The notes below the pieces were generated by a model that saw only the letters and a list, made by a program, of their open reading frames with translations, was not told the origin of the DNA and did no database searches. The position numbers and the translations under genes are program-made. DNA of 63,088 nt, filler included, from Nemertoderma westbladi (lineage: Eukaryota; Animalia; Xenacoelomorpha): assembly GCA_032718475.1 (NCBI GenBank). It is 4 parts of 4 records of this genome, joined end to end, with 100 filler letters (N's around TTAATTAATTAA, not from the genome) between each part and the next. Parts side by side here need not be neighbours in the genome. Positions count along the whole stretch, not along the records: positions 1 to 19,252 come from JAUCBJ010000882.1; positions 19,353 to 39,863 come from JAUCBJ010000863.1; 2 more parts are not named here. One strand, 5' to 3'. Positions 12,158 to 23,528 of this stretch are shown piece after piece. How positions within the stretch are numbered: position 1 is the stretch's first letter; every line of letters begins with the position of its first letter.

Positions 12158-15100
12158 CTTGATTGATTGATTGAATTTTTCCCATATAAAAATACATACT
12201 GCACAATACTGAAATAATATATATAAATCACAATTTACCGGTAATTTATTTTTTTTGTTTTATGTAAATTATGTAAATTAATGGATGGTAATACATGTTT
12301 GAAATTATATAATAAAATTGTCTTGCCTAGGTATCATAAATGGTCTAACTCTGTACAGTAGTTTACAATAAATCACGTGTATATACATACATTAAACTTG
12401 AAATAAAATAAAATTTACAGTTTAAAATATATCTGTTACGTAGCTACAGTTTAAAAAGTAGTATCACATACGTACAGTAAAATGTATTTAACAAGGTGCA
12501 ATAAAATACGAACACGTAGTTTAAAACTTATCACATATTATGTATAGTAAAATTAACTCGGAGTATCAGTACGTAACTACAGTTTAAAAAGTAGTATCAC
12601 ATACATACAATGAAATTTATTTAACAAGGTACAATAAAATTTATTTAACAAGGTACAATAAAATACGAACACATAGTTTAAAACTTATCACATATGTACA
12701 GTAAAATTAACTCGGAGTCTCAGTATAATTTTATACAATAAAACAAGGTATACAAAATAAAACAAGGTAGACAAAAATAAAACAAGGTAGACAAAATAAA
12801 ACAAGGTAGACATCAATAAAACAAGGTAGACAAAAATAAAACAAGTAGAACCTTAAAATAAAAAACAAGTAGAAAATGTGCAATATTAGATTAAAATGGA
12901 GGGATAGCCTTATGAGGTTTCACCTCGTTTCCATAAGGGTCCCTGTGCTCTATGCGGCAGACAATATTATTTGCACCAAAATTGTAATGAAAATGGAATG
13001 GCGCCAATGAAATGCTAAAAGTAACTGAAAAATACAATAAAAAATAGCAATAAATGCAATAATAAAAACACTGTAATATATAAAATATAGCCTATAAAAT
13101 AAATAATTATGAAGTTCAATAAAATACAATGTTTGTTATGTTAATTAATAATCATAATAAATGTATTCGTTTGCATTTTCGCTTAGCAGCTGCTGTAGGT
13201 AGTAGTCTTTGAGGTTGTGTTTGAACACTTCTAAAGTTTTCACGTTCGTTAAGCTTTGAGGCAGTTCGTTCCAAATTTTTGGGCCCAAGTAAGTGAACGC
13301 TTTCTTGCCGCAAACTGTCGTACAATGGGGGAGCGCAGCTGATGACTCAGTAGAACGCAGTGAGTGTGTTTGACAACGAAGGTTAACGAGGTCTGACATG
13401 TAATCGGGTGATATGTTGTTAACAATTTTGAACATATGTGATGCTATAACTGCCTTTATTCTTTCGTTTAGAGGGAGCCAATTTATTTCTTTGAAGTGTT
13501 GGATTCCGATATGTTCACGAGGACCGTAACCAAGGCAATATCTGACACATTTCCTCTGCAGTGCTTCCAATTGCTTACGAAGGCGTTGAGTTATGCTGTA
13601 AAACCAAGTAGATGCGGCGTAATCGATATGTGGTTGTATCAGTGTATTGCATAGCAAACGTCTTGTATAGTAGTCTAGTAATCCGCCACATCTATGTAAA
13701 AACTTCAATCTATTGTTACATTTCTTTATTACCTTTGTGGCCATCTCGGTCCCACTTAGATGTTGGTCTAGCACGGAGCCAAGGTAAGTGACCGATTTTG
13801 CATTTTTTATACGTTGCCCACCACAATAGACTTCTAGTTCAGGAGATGAAGCTATCTTTTGGTGTGTTCCAATGAGTATGCTGTAGGTCTTATCAAAGTT
13901 TATTGTCAGTTTATTTTGTACACACCAGTCGAATACTCTGTCCATTGTTGAACTCAAACTTTTAGAAATTAATTCTGAGTCATCATTGGTTTTTATTAAG
14001 TTTGTGTCATCGGCAAAGGTTGGGTCCAGGGTATCATCCTCTATTACCATGTGGAAGTCGTTAGTGTCTCCTTGGTACAGTAGAACTCCCAAGATAGATC
14101 CCTGGGGAACACCATTTTTAATAGGTTTAGTCTCCGATCGTGTGTTGCCAATAGCAACGAACTGTTGTCTACCAGAAAGATATGATTCGAACCAATCTTT
14201 TGTTTTATCGGTAGCGCCCATAGCCTTTAGTTTTTCTAACAATATATTGTGATTCACACAGTCAAAGGCTTTTCGAAAGTCTATAGTAACCATACCAGTG
14301 AGTTTGCCATTGTCCATACCATTTCTAATAGCGCTATCTACAAAGATTAATGCCGTTTCAGTTGAATATTCCTCCCGAAAGCCCGACTGAAGTTTATTTA
14401 TTAGTTTGTTATTGATATAGTGGTCTTGTAGCTGGTTAAATGCAACTCTTTCAAGTATTTTAGACATTATTGGAAGTAATGAGAGCGGGCGAAAGTTTCC
14501 TCTCTCAAGTCGCGAACCACTGCTTTTATATGCAGTCTTTACACGAGCAATCTTGTAACTTGTAGGGTACTTAGTGGTTATTATAGATTGGTTAATAATA
14601 TGCAGTAGGGGGGATATAATGACTGATAACCCATCCTTTATTATCTTTGCCGGTATCTCATCCGATCCAGTGGCTTTAGAAACATCAACCCTAGAACATA
14701 TTTTGTAAACCTCGTCATATGTCGTAGGGTGTAATTCGAAAGAATTTTCCACAACTCCCAGTTTTTTGTAATAGTCCACCACCTTCGGAATATCGTAGTT
14801 TCCACTAGGTGGCGGCAACTTACTTACGAGCTCATCTGCTATTGTTAAAAAGTAATCATTAAAATAATTACATACATCTTCGGTGTTGCTACATATATTT
14901 CCGTCTATTTTAAGAACGGTAGGAGTTGTGGGATCCTCTTTTTGTTTTTTTGAATGGGGGCCAATGTCTTTCAATGCTTTCCAAAGTTTTTTACTGTCTT
15001 TACCAGCCAATGCAATTTTCTCTTTGATATACGCAGTCTTCTTCTTTCTAATTATAGTTGTAGTTTCATTGCGGGTTTGTTTTAGAAGTTGTTCATCATT

Positions 15101-16200
15101 ATGGCTGCGTGTCTCTTGGAATCTATGGGTTTGTTTATTTCTATTAATAATGGCTTCTTTGACCTCAGTATCCACCCAGGGCTGAGAATGACATCGAACT
15201 CGATACTCGCGTTTGGGTGCTAGTTTATCTAGAGCAGTATTTAGAGCTAACGTTAAAATATTGGTTGCCTCATCCACATCGGTAGTAGTTGCTATCTTAT
15301 CTATTTCTCTATTGTTATGCAATTCGAATATAAGTTTCTCAGCAGTATATTCATTATAGGATCTACACTTGATATATTTTGGTTCCTTAGGACAACATTT
15401 TTTACGTTTTCTAGTTGCAAACACCATGTAATGATCACTTAACGTATCCTTAATTACTCCAGAAGTAATTACCATATTTGGGTTTGAAACAAAGATATGG
15501 TCCAATAGTGTAGCAGTTGTTGAAGTTACTCGAGTTGGCTCCCGTATTAATTGAACTATACTGTTCGACTCACAGAATTGCAATAGTTGTTTCAGGTTGT
15601 TATCGATATGTTGTATTCCTAGTGGATTTTTGACTATCTCACCCGTTAATGGATTTATCACAGACATCATATTTGTATTAGTATCACCCATTATTATTAC
15701 CTCTTTATAGCGTGATAAATCACCTGCAGTTATTTCGAGGTTTTCGAATATAGAATAGTCAGCATCGGGTCTATAAATTACTCCAATGAGTATCGGTTTC
15801 GTCTTAGGGAGGTATAATTCGCCAATTAACAGTTCAGAAGGAGTGTCATATGACTGGGGCTTCACCTCAAATGGTAAGTGTTTACGTACATAGAGTGCAA
15901 CCCCCCCTCCATTCCCAGTTCTGTCTCTCCTATATATATCATATCCATCAATCTTTACTTGTTGGTTTGTTATTGAGTCATCTAGTTTAGTTTCAGTTAT
16001 TGCAATAACATGGATAACTGGAGGGTTCAACATTACATTTAATTCATGTACTTTATATCGTAGACTGTTTATGTTTATATGAAGAAAGTGTATTCCACTC
16101 CGTTCAAAGTTTAATAGCCAGGGGTATGGGTGTGAGCCAACTGAATGTTCCTCACATGTGGTAGCGAGGCAGTAAGAAGCATCTGCAGTAGGTAGTCAAT
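12158..16200 (-). mobile_element. CR1/L2-group non-LTR retrotransposon with probable ~1-kb 3' UTR ending in an (AATC)n tail
   Basis: ORF2 above; AT-rich tandemly repeated region 12440-12870; ttgattgattgattga at ~12159-12174 resembles the microsatellite tails of this group. No ORF1 or TSD recognised, so boundaries are approximate. Confidence 0.65.
13145..16033 (-). CDS. LINE ORF2 (APE endonuclease + reverse transcriptase), CR1/L2-group, uninterrupted; frame stays open upstream to ~16195
   Basis: Upstream in-frame HININSL, then IAITETKLD, RRDR..GGGVALYV, IIMGDTN, LLDHIF, SDHYMV (APE); NFRPLSLL, QSGFR, DFRKAFDCVNH, GVPQGSILG, FADDT, YLGSVLD (RT). Confidence 0.95.
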   Translation of the reverse strand: MLNPPVIHVIAITETKLDDSITNQQVKIDGYDIYRRDRTGNGGGVALYVRKHLPFEVKPQSYDTPSELLIGELYLPKTKPILIGVIYRPDADYSIFENLEITAGDLSRYKEVIIMGDTNTNMMSVINPLTGEIVKNPLGIQHIDNNLKQLLQFCESNSIVQLIREPTRVTSTTATLLDHIFVSNPNMVITSGVIKDTLSDHYMVFATRKRKKCCPKEPKYIKCRSYNEYTAEKLIFELHNNREIDKIATTTDVDEATNILTLALNTALDKLAPKREYRVRCHSQPWVDTEVKEAIINRNKQTHRFQETRSHNDEQLLKQTRNETTTIIRKKKTAYIKEKIALAGKDSKKLWKALKDIGPHSKKQKEDPTTPTVLKIDGNICSNTEDVCNYFNDYFLTIADELVSKLPPPSGNYDIPKVVDYYKKLGVVENSFELHPTTYDEVYKICSRVDVSKATGSDEIPAKIIKDGLSVIISPLLHIINQSIITTKYPTSYKIARVKTAYKSSGSRLERGNFRPLSLLPIMSKILERVAFNQLQDHYINNKLINKLQSGFREEYSTETALIFVDSAIRNGMDNGKLTGMVTIDFRKAFDCVNHNILLEKLKAMGATDKTKDWFESYLSGRQQFVAIGNTRSETKPIKNGVPQGSILGVLLYQGDTNDFHMVIEDDTLDPTFADDTNLIKTNDDSELISKSLSSTMDRVFDWCVQNKLTINFDKTYSILIGTHQKIASSPELEVYCGGQRIKNAKSVTYLGSVLDQHLSGTEMATKVIKKCNNRLKFLHRCGGLLDYYTRRLLCNTLIQPHIDYAASTWFYSITQRLRKQLEALQRKCVRYCLGYGPREHIGIQHFKEINWLPLNERIKAVIASHMFKIVNNISPDYMSDLVNLRCQTHSLRSTESSAALPHCTTVCGKKAFTYLGPKIWNELPQSLTNVKTLEVFKHNLKDYYLQQLLSENANEYIYYDY

Positions 16201-17033
16201 CTAGACGTTCAGCTTCGTTTCTAGTCACATCCAATCTCGTGGATTGTGATCGTTGGCGGGAGATACGTCGTTTCTGCCTAAATTGATATTCCATCTCGCG
16301 TTCAAATTTAGACAAATCTTTGTTGAAATATCCGCAGTACCGACACTTTATATCTCAGTTTCTTCGTATTTTATGTGACCAAATAAGTGAATAGTAAAAC
16401 AGCGTTTTATAAAAATAAGGCTGTAGCTGGGTAGGCAGTAGGGTAGGCATACCGGTAGGATACGTCACGGATGAGTCCCTAAAAAATGTTTCAGTGTTTG
16501 TCTTTGAAGAATTTAACTTTCCGGCTATAGTGTGGGATTGTCAATGACTAAGACTAAGAGGCAGAAGAGCAGACCTGTTTCTAACGATCCTGGTTCATCC
16601 GTAAAAACAGGTCTGCTTTGAGGTGGTTTGGTAACATTGGCTGATTGGCAGAAGTCTGGTGATTGGCAGAAGTCTGAATTTTATTATTATTAAAGTATTC
16701 CCGTTCCCGGGCACCGGGTTCTATACCAATCCAATGTTTTTGTCAATTATAATGAATACAGAAAATATATTTTGATATTTAAAAGGTATACTGTATAAAT
16801 AAAATAAACTTAATACTTATAATAAACTTAAAATAAAATAAACTTAACTATTTATTTATTACGTAGTAGAAGCAGTGTCGTTGTACCTGCATCAGACTGT
16901 CAGATGGGGGGGGGGGGGGGGGGGGACTTGATTGTACATGACCGCAGTAAAAAAATACCCCTTATTTCATACAATGCTTGTAACAAGTCAGCTCGAGCAT
17001 ATTAGCCCACAAAATCCAACCGCTAGCATTCAC

Positions 17034-17393
17034 AAGCCGTTCCCCGTACAGGTATATTGATCCGTGAATAACCAAATCAGCTCACGGATCAATATTCCTG
17101 TTTTCATACAGGAATTTTTGATCCATTCAGAAAGAGTTGTCCCCCACATAATATTACTATCAAGGGGAGCAGGTTTAGTAAAGGAGCAGGTTACATGGAG
17201 GCGTGTTGAGGGAACCAAAACAAAACAATAAACGAAAGTTAACACATGTTACAATATATTATGCAGGTCTTTATAATTGGGTCTTGACTCTTGAGTCTTT
17301 GGAAATATCCAAAATTCCTGTATGAAAACAGCTGATTGAGTGAGTGAGCTGATTGGTTAATTCACGGATCAATATTCCTGTACGGAACGGCTT
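17034..17393. mobile_element. Foldback MITE (~360 bp)
   Basis: aagccgttccccgtacaggtatattgatccgtgaataaccaaatcagctcac is inverted at 17345-17393; inner arms ttttcatacaggaatttt / aaaattcctgtatgaaaa. Confidence 0.75.
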
Positions 17394-17488
17394 CTATATC
17401 AGCCCTATACCCTATAGGGGCTGTTGCGCTGTCAATCAGAGAGGTAACAGCCCATGGGGTAAGTGTTAGGATACTAGGAATGAGGACC

Positions 17489-18996
17489 GGTATTAGTACG
17501 TTTGAACGACACTAGCCAAACAAGCCTAAAATCAGATAAATAATGGTACCGGTACCGGTATAGCAGTATTGTTCACCACCTTGCGGATTGCATGGGTATT
17601 ATTTATTAAGTTCTTTGAAGGGAATGTATTATTTTAATCTACAATATATTACTTACTACTACTATTATTCCTACTATTACTATTATTTACTAGCTTAATT
17701 ATGTAATATTTTAGCTTAATCTATTAGTTTAATTACGATTTACTATGCGTACGTAATCTTAATTACAGTCTACCGTACATACATATTTCTAATATTATAA
17801 TTAATATTTACCCCGACTGAGGGTGTATCTTATTGTAAAAAAATATTACAAGCTAATAACGCTGTTGCGATACGGTTGTTTATTTCATATGTTGGCCCTG
17901 AAAAGGGCCGTTTGGGTTGGTTAAGTCAGGTCATACAGTAGATGGCCCTGAAAAGGGCCGTTTGGGTTGAAGTCAGGTCGTACAGTAGTTGGCCCTGAAA
18001 AGGGCCGTTTGGGTTGGTTAAGGTATAAGGTACAGTATAGACATTCAGCAAGGGTAGTAATGTTTGAAAAGTGCAAGGAGATTTGAGAAAGGTCGGTCGC
18101 GATTTAAAAGTCTCCACCGAAATTCTGCCAGGTGGCCAGCAATAAGTTGCGGTGTTGTGCATTTCTTATTGCGGATGACTGACGTCTTTAAGTGGCCCCA
18201 CATCGACTCTATACGTTGAGTGTGGGTGCCAGTCGCACTCACCCACTCTACCGAATGGTTGACGGTTTCGTGTATGTAGGTCCCTGTTCCATTGGTAGCA
18301 GACCACGGGTTTGTGGCGTTTGTTATGCCAACATTCACACCGCAATACGCAGACCATTCGTCGGACTGTATCTTTGGTTCCACCGGCGACATGTTTCTCC
18401 AAAATAGGACGGAGGGTGTCTGCATCACGATGCAAAACGTGGTAGAGGCGGATGTCGACTTTATTATCTGGACGTTTCCATACCAGTCCAAACACCCACG
18501 GCCCATCCACTGTCGTCCCATAATTAGAACCCACGTTCCAGAACGTGCAGTTCGCTTGTGCTTATTAGCACCGGAGCAACGCCAAACAAGCCGCATGAAT
18601 CCCCTGTCCTTCACCAGCGTAATTTTAGCTTGCGCAGTACAACCCGGAAAAGGACAAAGACGTAGGGTTGGTTGCCCATTTGATTGTAGAGTTCGGGGGA
18701 GAAGTTCCACGCTTTGAGCAAACTCAATAGCGCGCTCCTCAGTCTCGATAAGTTTCCCAATCTCAATGAAATTTAATTCAGCCATAGTCATGATGAGTAC
18801 AGTATACAAACAGTAGGCCAGTAAGTAACAGTACAGTCAATGAGTACAGTATACAAACAGTAGGCCAGTAAGTAACAGTACAGCAGTAGGCCTAACAATA
18901 CTGCTATACCAGTATACCGGTACCGGTAACAATTTTTATCAGTTTCTATCTGATTTCATGATTGTTTGGCTAGTGTCGTTCAAACGTACTAATACC
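17489..18996 (-). mobile_element. Merlin (IS1595/ISXO2-like) DNA transposon, internally deleted
   Basis: 35-bp TIRs ggtattagtacgtttgaacgacactagccaaacaa / ttgtttggctagtgtcgttcaaacgtactaatacc beginning GG; subterminal tandem repeats at 17894-18020 and 18794-18884; no matching TSD found. Confidence 0.85.
18045..18791 (-). pseudogene. ISXO2-like (Merlin) transposase, frameshifted and deleted
   Basis: N-terminal C..C / WRC...R.GTW; middle GPWVFG...RDADTLRPILEKHV..GT in a second frame; C-terminal IQSDEWSAY, HETVNHS.EWV..TGTHTQRIESMWGHLK. Confidence 0.88.
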
Positions 18997-19252
18997 AATT
19001 TAATTATACCTTACGTACATTTAATTATAATGCGTTGGTGTTCTTCAATACAGAAGATGAAACTGCAAAGATTGAACTGTACCGTCTGACCGGACCGGAA
19101 ACCGGTAGGCCTACACTCCTACCTACTTACAGTCTACAGTACCGGTAGTACAGCTACAGTTGTACAATACAGAACGAGTGCAATACCTGAATACATTGCT
19201 TTGACAGTCTGCAGGCTACGCTACAGTCAGCCTCAGCAAGTTACTAATAGAA

Positions 19253-19352
19253 NNNNNNNNNNNNNNNNNNNNNNNNNNNNNNNNNNNNNNNNNNNNTTAA
19301 TTAATTAANNNNNNNNNNNNNNNNNNNNNNNNNNNNNNNNNNNNNNNNNNNN
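19253..19352. other. Assembly gap with synthetic TTAATTAATTAA linker
   Basis: 100-nt N run with an identical central linker in all three gaps. Confidence 0.97.
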
Positions 19353-20841
19353 ACCCGACAAGTTTCTGAAGGAGAAGATCAGTTATCAGGAGCATGAAGA
19401 AACCAACAAACAGATGCTGAGACTCTTACAATGTTATGAAAATTCCGATAAGTATTTCCTGTTGTTGAGAAATCCTCAGATGCGTTTAAGGGATCGTTTC
19501 TCTAGCACAATGATAGATGGGTTGATACGTGTTGGAGGAAGGTTAACGAATGCCCCATTATCCTTTGATACTAAGTTCCCCATACTCATTAGAAATCTTT
19601 AAATACAAGTCAAGATGATTGTAGATGTTCACAGCAAACTTTATCATGCTGGTAGAGAACGAGTTCTTAGAGAAATTCGAACTCGCTATTATTTTTATAA
19701 ACCCCGTAGAGCTCTGAACCAAGTTCTTAGGAACTGTATACCCTGTAGGAAAGCATTCAGTAGGCCTTTAACACAGAGAGAGGCAGAATTACCTAGGGAA
19801 CGAGTAAGCTTTTATGAACCACCCTTTACTAATACCGGTGTGGATTTATTTGGCCCTATTGAAGTATATCGTGCTAGGACTATAGTCAAGAGATGGTGTG
19901 TAATCTTTGTTTGTATGACTTGTAGAGCCATCCATCTCGATATGGTGAACGATTTATCTACCAACAGCTTTCTATTAAGCTTACGACAACAGATCGCTCG
20001 CTTTGGCACTAGTAACACGATGAGATCTGATAAGGGAACAAACTTCATTGGTGCCAACAATGAAATCAAAGCTTACGTCAAAGATTGGAACCAAAGACAG
20101 GTGGACGACCAACTACGAGTAACAGCGTCTAGTTGGACCTTCAACACCGCCGACGCCCCTTGGTGGGGAGGAAGTTGGGAGAGATTAATAAGAAGTGTGA
20201 AGACGGCATTTCATTTTATAGTGCCTTGTCGCGCTTATCTCACCGACGAACTTTTGCGGACGTTAATGGAAGAAATCGCCGCCTATCTCAACGAGAGACC
20301 GCTTATGCCAGTCTCATCGAGTCCCGATTCCCTGGAAGCGCTAACACCCGCGCACTTCCTACTGAAGAAACCTGTAGCCATGCTCCCACAATCGGAAATC
20401 ACAGACGGAGACGAATACTGCCGACAAACTTGGCAACTCATGCAGTTGTTATCCCGTCGTTTCGCTGACCATTTCGAAAAACATTATCTGCCCACGCTAC
20501 AACTTCGAACTAAGTGGTTTGCGCAGCAAGAAAACGTCAGCGCTGGAGACATGGTTCTTATTGTGGATGTAGATCTTCCACGTAAGAGGTGGCAGACAGG
20601 TCGTATAATCGAGACCCACATCTCGGATGACGGTTTGGTGCGATCGGTAGAACTCGTCGTCATGCGACGTAACTTCAAGAAACCGGGAATTGTCTTCAAG
20701 ACGCAGCAGCTCAATCGCCCGGTGGGACGTTTATGTTTACTGGAAAGAGACAGAGAACTCTCCGGAAACTATGGGAGACAAGATACTCTTCCCACGACCA
20801 CCTCCCTAATCCAACAAACATCTAGGGACTCCCCAACTTAA
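19353..20841 (+). pseudogene. BEL/Pao LTR-retrotransposon pol 3' part (integrase with HHCC, DDE core and DUF5641-like tail), with a stop/frameshift near 19600
   Basis: GLIRVGGRLTNA..SFDTKFPIL; H...YHAG...C..C; PFTNTGVDLFGP; RAIHLD; MRSDKGTNFIGA; APWWGGSWERLIRSVK; LNERPL; ALTPAHFL; YLPTLQLRTKW; W..GRI...DGLVRSV. Confidence 0.93.
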
Positions 20842-20859
20842 CAACGGCTGGAGTGGGTG

Positions 20860-21348
20860 TGTGACCATATTACTTTATATTTGTATTTGTTTTATTTTTA
20901 TATTTATGTATGTATTATTATGTAATTTTATTTTAATCGTTTTATTTAATTTTATTTAGTAGTATGGTATTTTAGAGATTATTTAGTAAATTAGTGCAAT
21001 ATATATTCGCGTTTATTATTTAATTACGTATATTATATATTTAGTGCGACGGCGAGAAATAATTCTTTTTCTCTTTCCTTACTGTCCGTATCATATTATA
21101 AATACGTGACTACAGTAAGATGAAATATCCGTACTTATTAAAGTACAATAAAGCCACTACTATATTCAAGTATTATTGGTAGGCAGAGTATTAGGAATGC
21201 AAAGTTCAGATCCTCGTGTCTCGGCTAAACCAAGCTCTGGGTAGACCTTGGAAACGACTTGCCTCTTCACACTGACATTGCTTCGTGCGATATTGCTCTC
21301 ATACCGTATATTAAATAATACATATAGTAGCGTGATGTCCCTTTAACA
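20860..21348 (+). mobile_element. Probable 3' LTR of the BEL/Pao element
   Basis: Purine-rich ggctggagtggg (20846-20857) right after the pol stop, then TGT...; tataaa ~21097; aataaa ~21147; ends ...ttaACA at 21348. No second LTR is available to confirm. Confidence 0.5.
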
Positions 21349-21389
21349 GTAGCGTATAACGCAAAATAAATCTGTTAAACCCTTTGACC

Positions 21390-21665
21390 ATCTGTAATTC
21401 TAGTCGATTAAGATATCGCGGCACCCACCGATATACTTGAAAGACAAATTTCTAGAATCAATGGTTAACGTCCCCAGACAAGTTCTGGAATAAACTGGTG
21501 CTCATCCTAAATATTAATTATTAATATTTACAAAAATCTGTCAAATATCAGATCCTTTAAAATTCTAGTCGATTAAGATATCGTAGCACTTACCGATGCT
21601 CTTAAAAGGACAAAATTCCTAGAATCATGGATCCCAGTCCCCAGACATGTTCTGGAATAAAATTG
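21390..21665. repeat. ~165-bp diverged tandem duplication
   Basis: aattctagtcgattaagatatcg...ctagaatca...gtccccagaca.gttctggaataaa occurs twice. Confidence 0.8.
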
Positions 21666-22480
21666 TGTCTATTTAACATTAAATAAAATTTACGGGAATA
21701 AATTTAAATTCATATATTTCAATGAATTTAATAAATTGTCATTTTGTACAATTTATAACATTCCCAAAATTCCATTAATTAATAGATCATGGGAGCGGAG
21801 ATTCACTCTATTAAGTGTATTTGTGTGCGAGAATCTCCAATGTATAGTCAATAGCCGATAAAATTCATAGAATCATGTATAAAGGGGATATTGACCATTA
21901 AAGAATTACTATTAAATAGCATCCCAGATCTGTATGCATGAGAATTACCCTAATTCTACCGCTAGCTTTCCATAATGTCACCATGGCAACAACCACGCTA
22001 GAATTAGAAGTGAGTTAAAAGAACAATAGAAAGCATGCCCCATTGAATAGCATAGGGAATAAATAGCGCACTGCTAGTATCCAAGGATACATAATAAATA
22101 CAGTGACATTCTGGAAGGCACTGACTAACGGACAAATGGCCCGAATGTGTGCAGTTTGTTGCAGTTGTGTTGAATTTGTGCGTTTGTAGGTGAATGATAC
22201 TACTAAGGTGTGTTTACAGTAGCGAGTCGCAATTGTGAAAGTAACCCTAACTCTCCAAGAAGAACCTGCAGTACATCTAAGCCTTTGGGACGGACAGTTA
22301 AGTGACTTGTGCCGGTTATCGTTGTCGTTGTGTAGCTACATCGTTGGCGAAAGCACAGCGACGACGGTACATCGGCGCTGAGGATCTTATACTGTCCGGG
22401 GGCAAAAGAGGGGTAGGCAGCGACGCCCGCTAGCCTAATATATATAGACTCATTATAATATTGATAAACTCATAGCAGAT

Positions 22481-22879
22481 ATGACTGAGTTGATAGAAGA
22501 TGATCTTGGTATCAGGGAGCGATATACTCTACCTTTACAAGCGTTTGTCGATAGCTTGATACACGGCGACGCTGGTCCAACTACTACGGAGGATGATGGT
22601 CGTTATATCGAACCGTCGATGTCCCCGGAGCAACTTACGCGTGAATTGGACTATAGAAAGTTCACCGCTCGCTATACGCATCGTAATGGTACGTATATGG
22701 ACTTCTTAACTACCGGCCACCCTATCGATTTACACGATACGGACGATGTGGATACCGAAAGGGAAATGGTTTTATTTAAATGTCATACCCGGCGGAATCG
22801 GAACAGTAGGCCAGGAATAGAACACGAGAGCTCTGTTCAGAATCAGCTCGAGGGAAGGAACGTGGATGAAGGCTTGTAA
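22481..22879 (+). CDS. Hypothetical acidic 132-aa ORF in the internal region upstream of the zinc-knuckle ORF (possibly truncated)
   Basis: ATG start, coding-like GC content, TATA-like tatatatag ~40 nt upstream; no recognised domain. Confidence 0.4.
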   Translation: MTELIEDDLGIRERYTLPLQAFVDSLIHGDAGPTTTEDDGRYIEPSMSPEQLTRELDYRKFTARYTHRNGTYMDFLTTGHPIDLHDTDDVDTEREMVLFKCHTRRNRNSRPGIEHESSVQNQLEGRNVDEGL

Positions 22880-23528
22880 AGACAAATATAGGAGAACCAC
22901 TTGAGAAGAGACGTGTGTTAATGTCCAGGGTCCATAATGTGAATAGTTTTCCCCGGGGCATGGGTGCTCGCGGGCGGTCTCCTTCAGGAGGCTGTAAATT
23001 TCTCTTCCCTCATCGTTTTCTTGTAATTCTTGTGATCAGTGTCACAATTAAAAGACAAGAATGAATGATGACGTGACGGAAAACTGGTCCATTGTGGTAT
23101 CTTATGGATACTACCCTATATCCTCCCTCCTCTTTACTCCCTTTATCCCTCTATACATCGCTATTGAAAATACAACCCACTTCGTCACACCCTCTCTTCC
23201 CAATGCGCTCGGAACTTTGGGAGACGATCGACCAATCCTAGTTGTATCGTGGTATGGATCATACCACCGCTTAATAAACCTCCCATCCCTTACTGTTAAT
23301 CTGGATGCTCATATTGGTGTCCGCACCTCTTGTCCATGTACCATTCTGTTGATATTTATGATATCAACTTCCACCCTCTCGTTGTTGATTAGAAAATCAA
23401 CCATCAATAATTTCCTTAAGTCCACAACCGTGATACAAGGACTGAAAGGACACGCGGATGGTTTGTGAACAACTGGTACCATTATGTGTCATAAATCTGG
23501 TTGTTCACCCCCTAATCACTGGGGATAA

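Noticed and set aside
18045-18809. Bacterial IS1595 contamination or horizontal transfer
   Set aside because: Embedded in host-like DNA on a contig with animal genes; explained by the eukaryotic Merlin superfamily.
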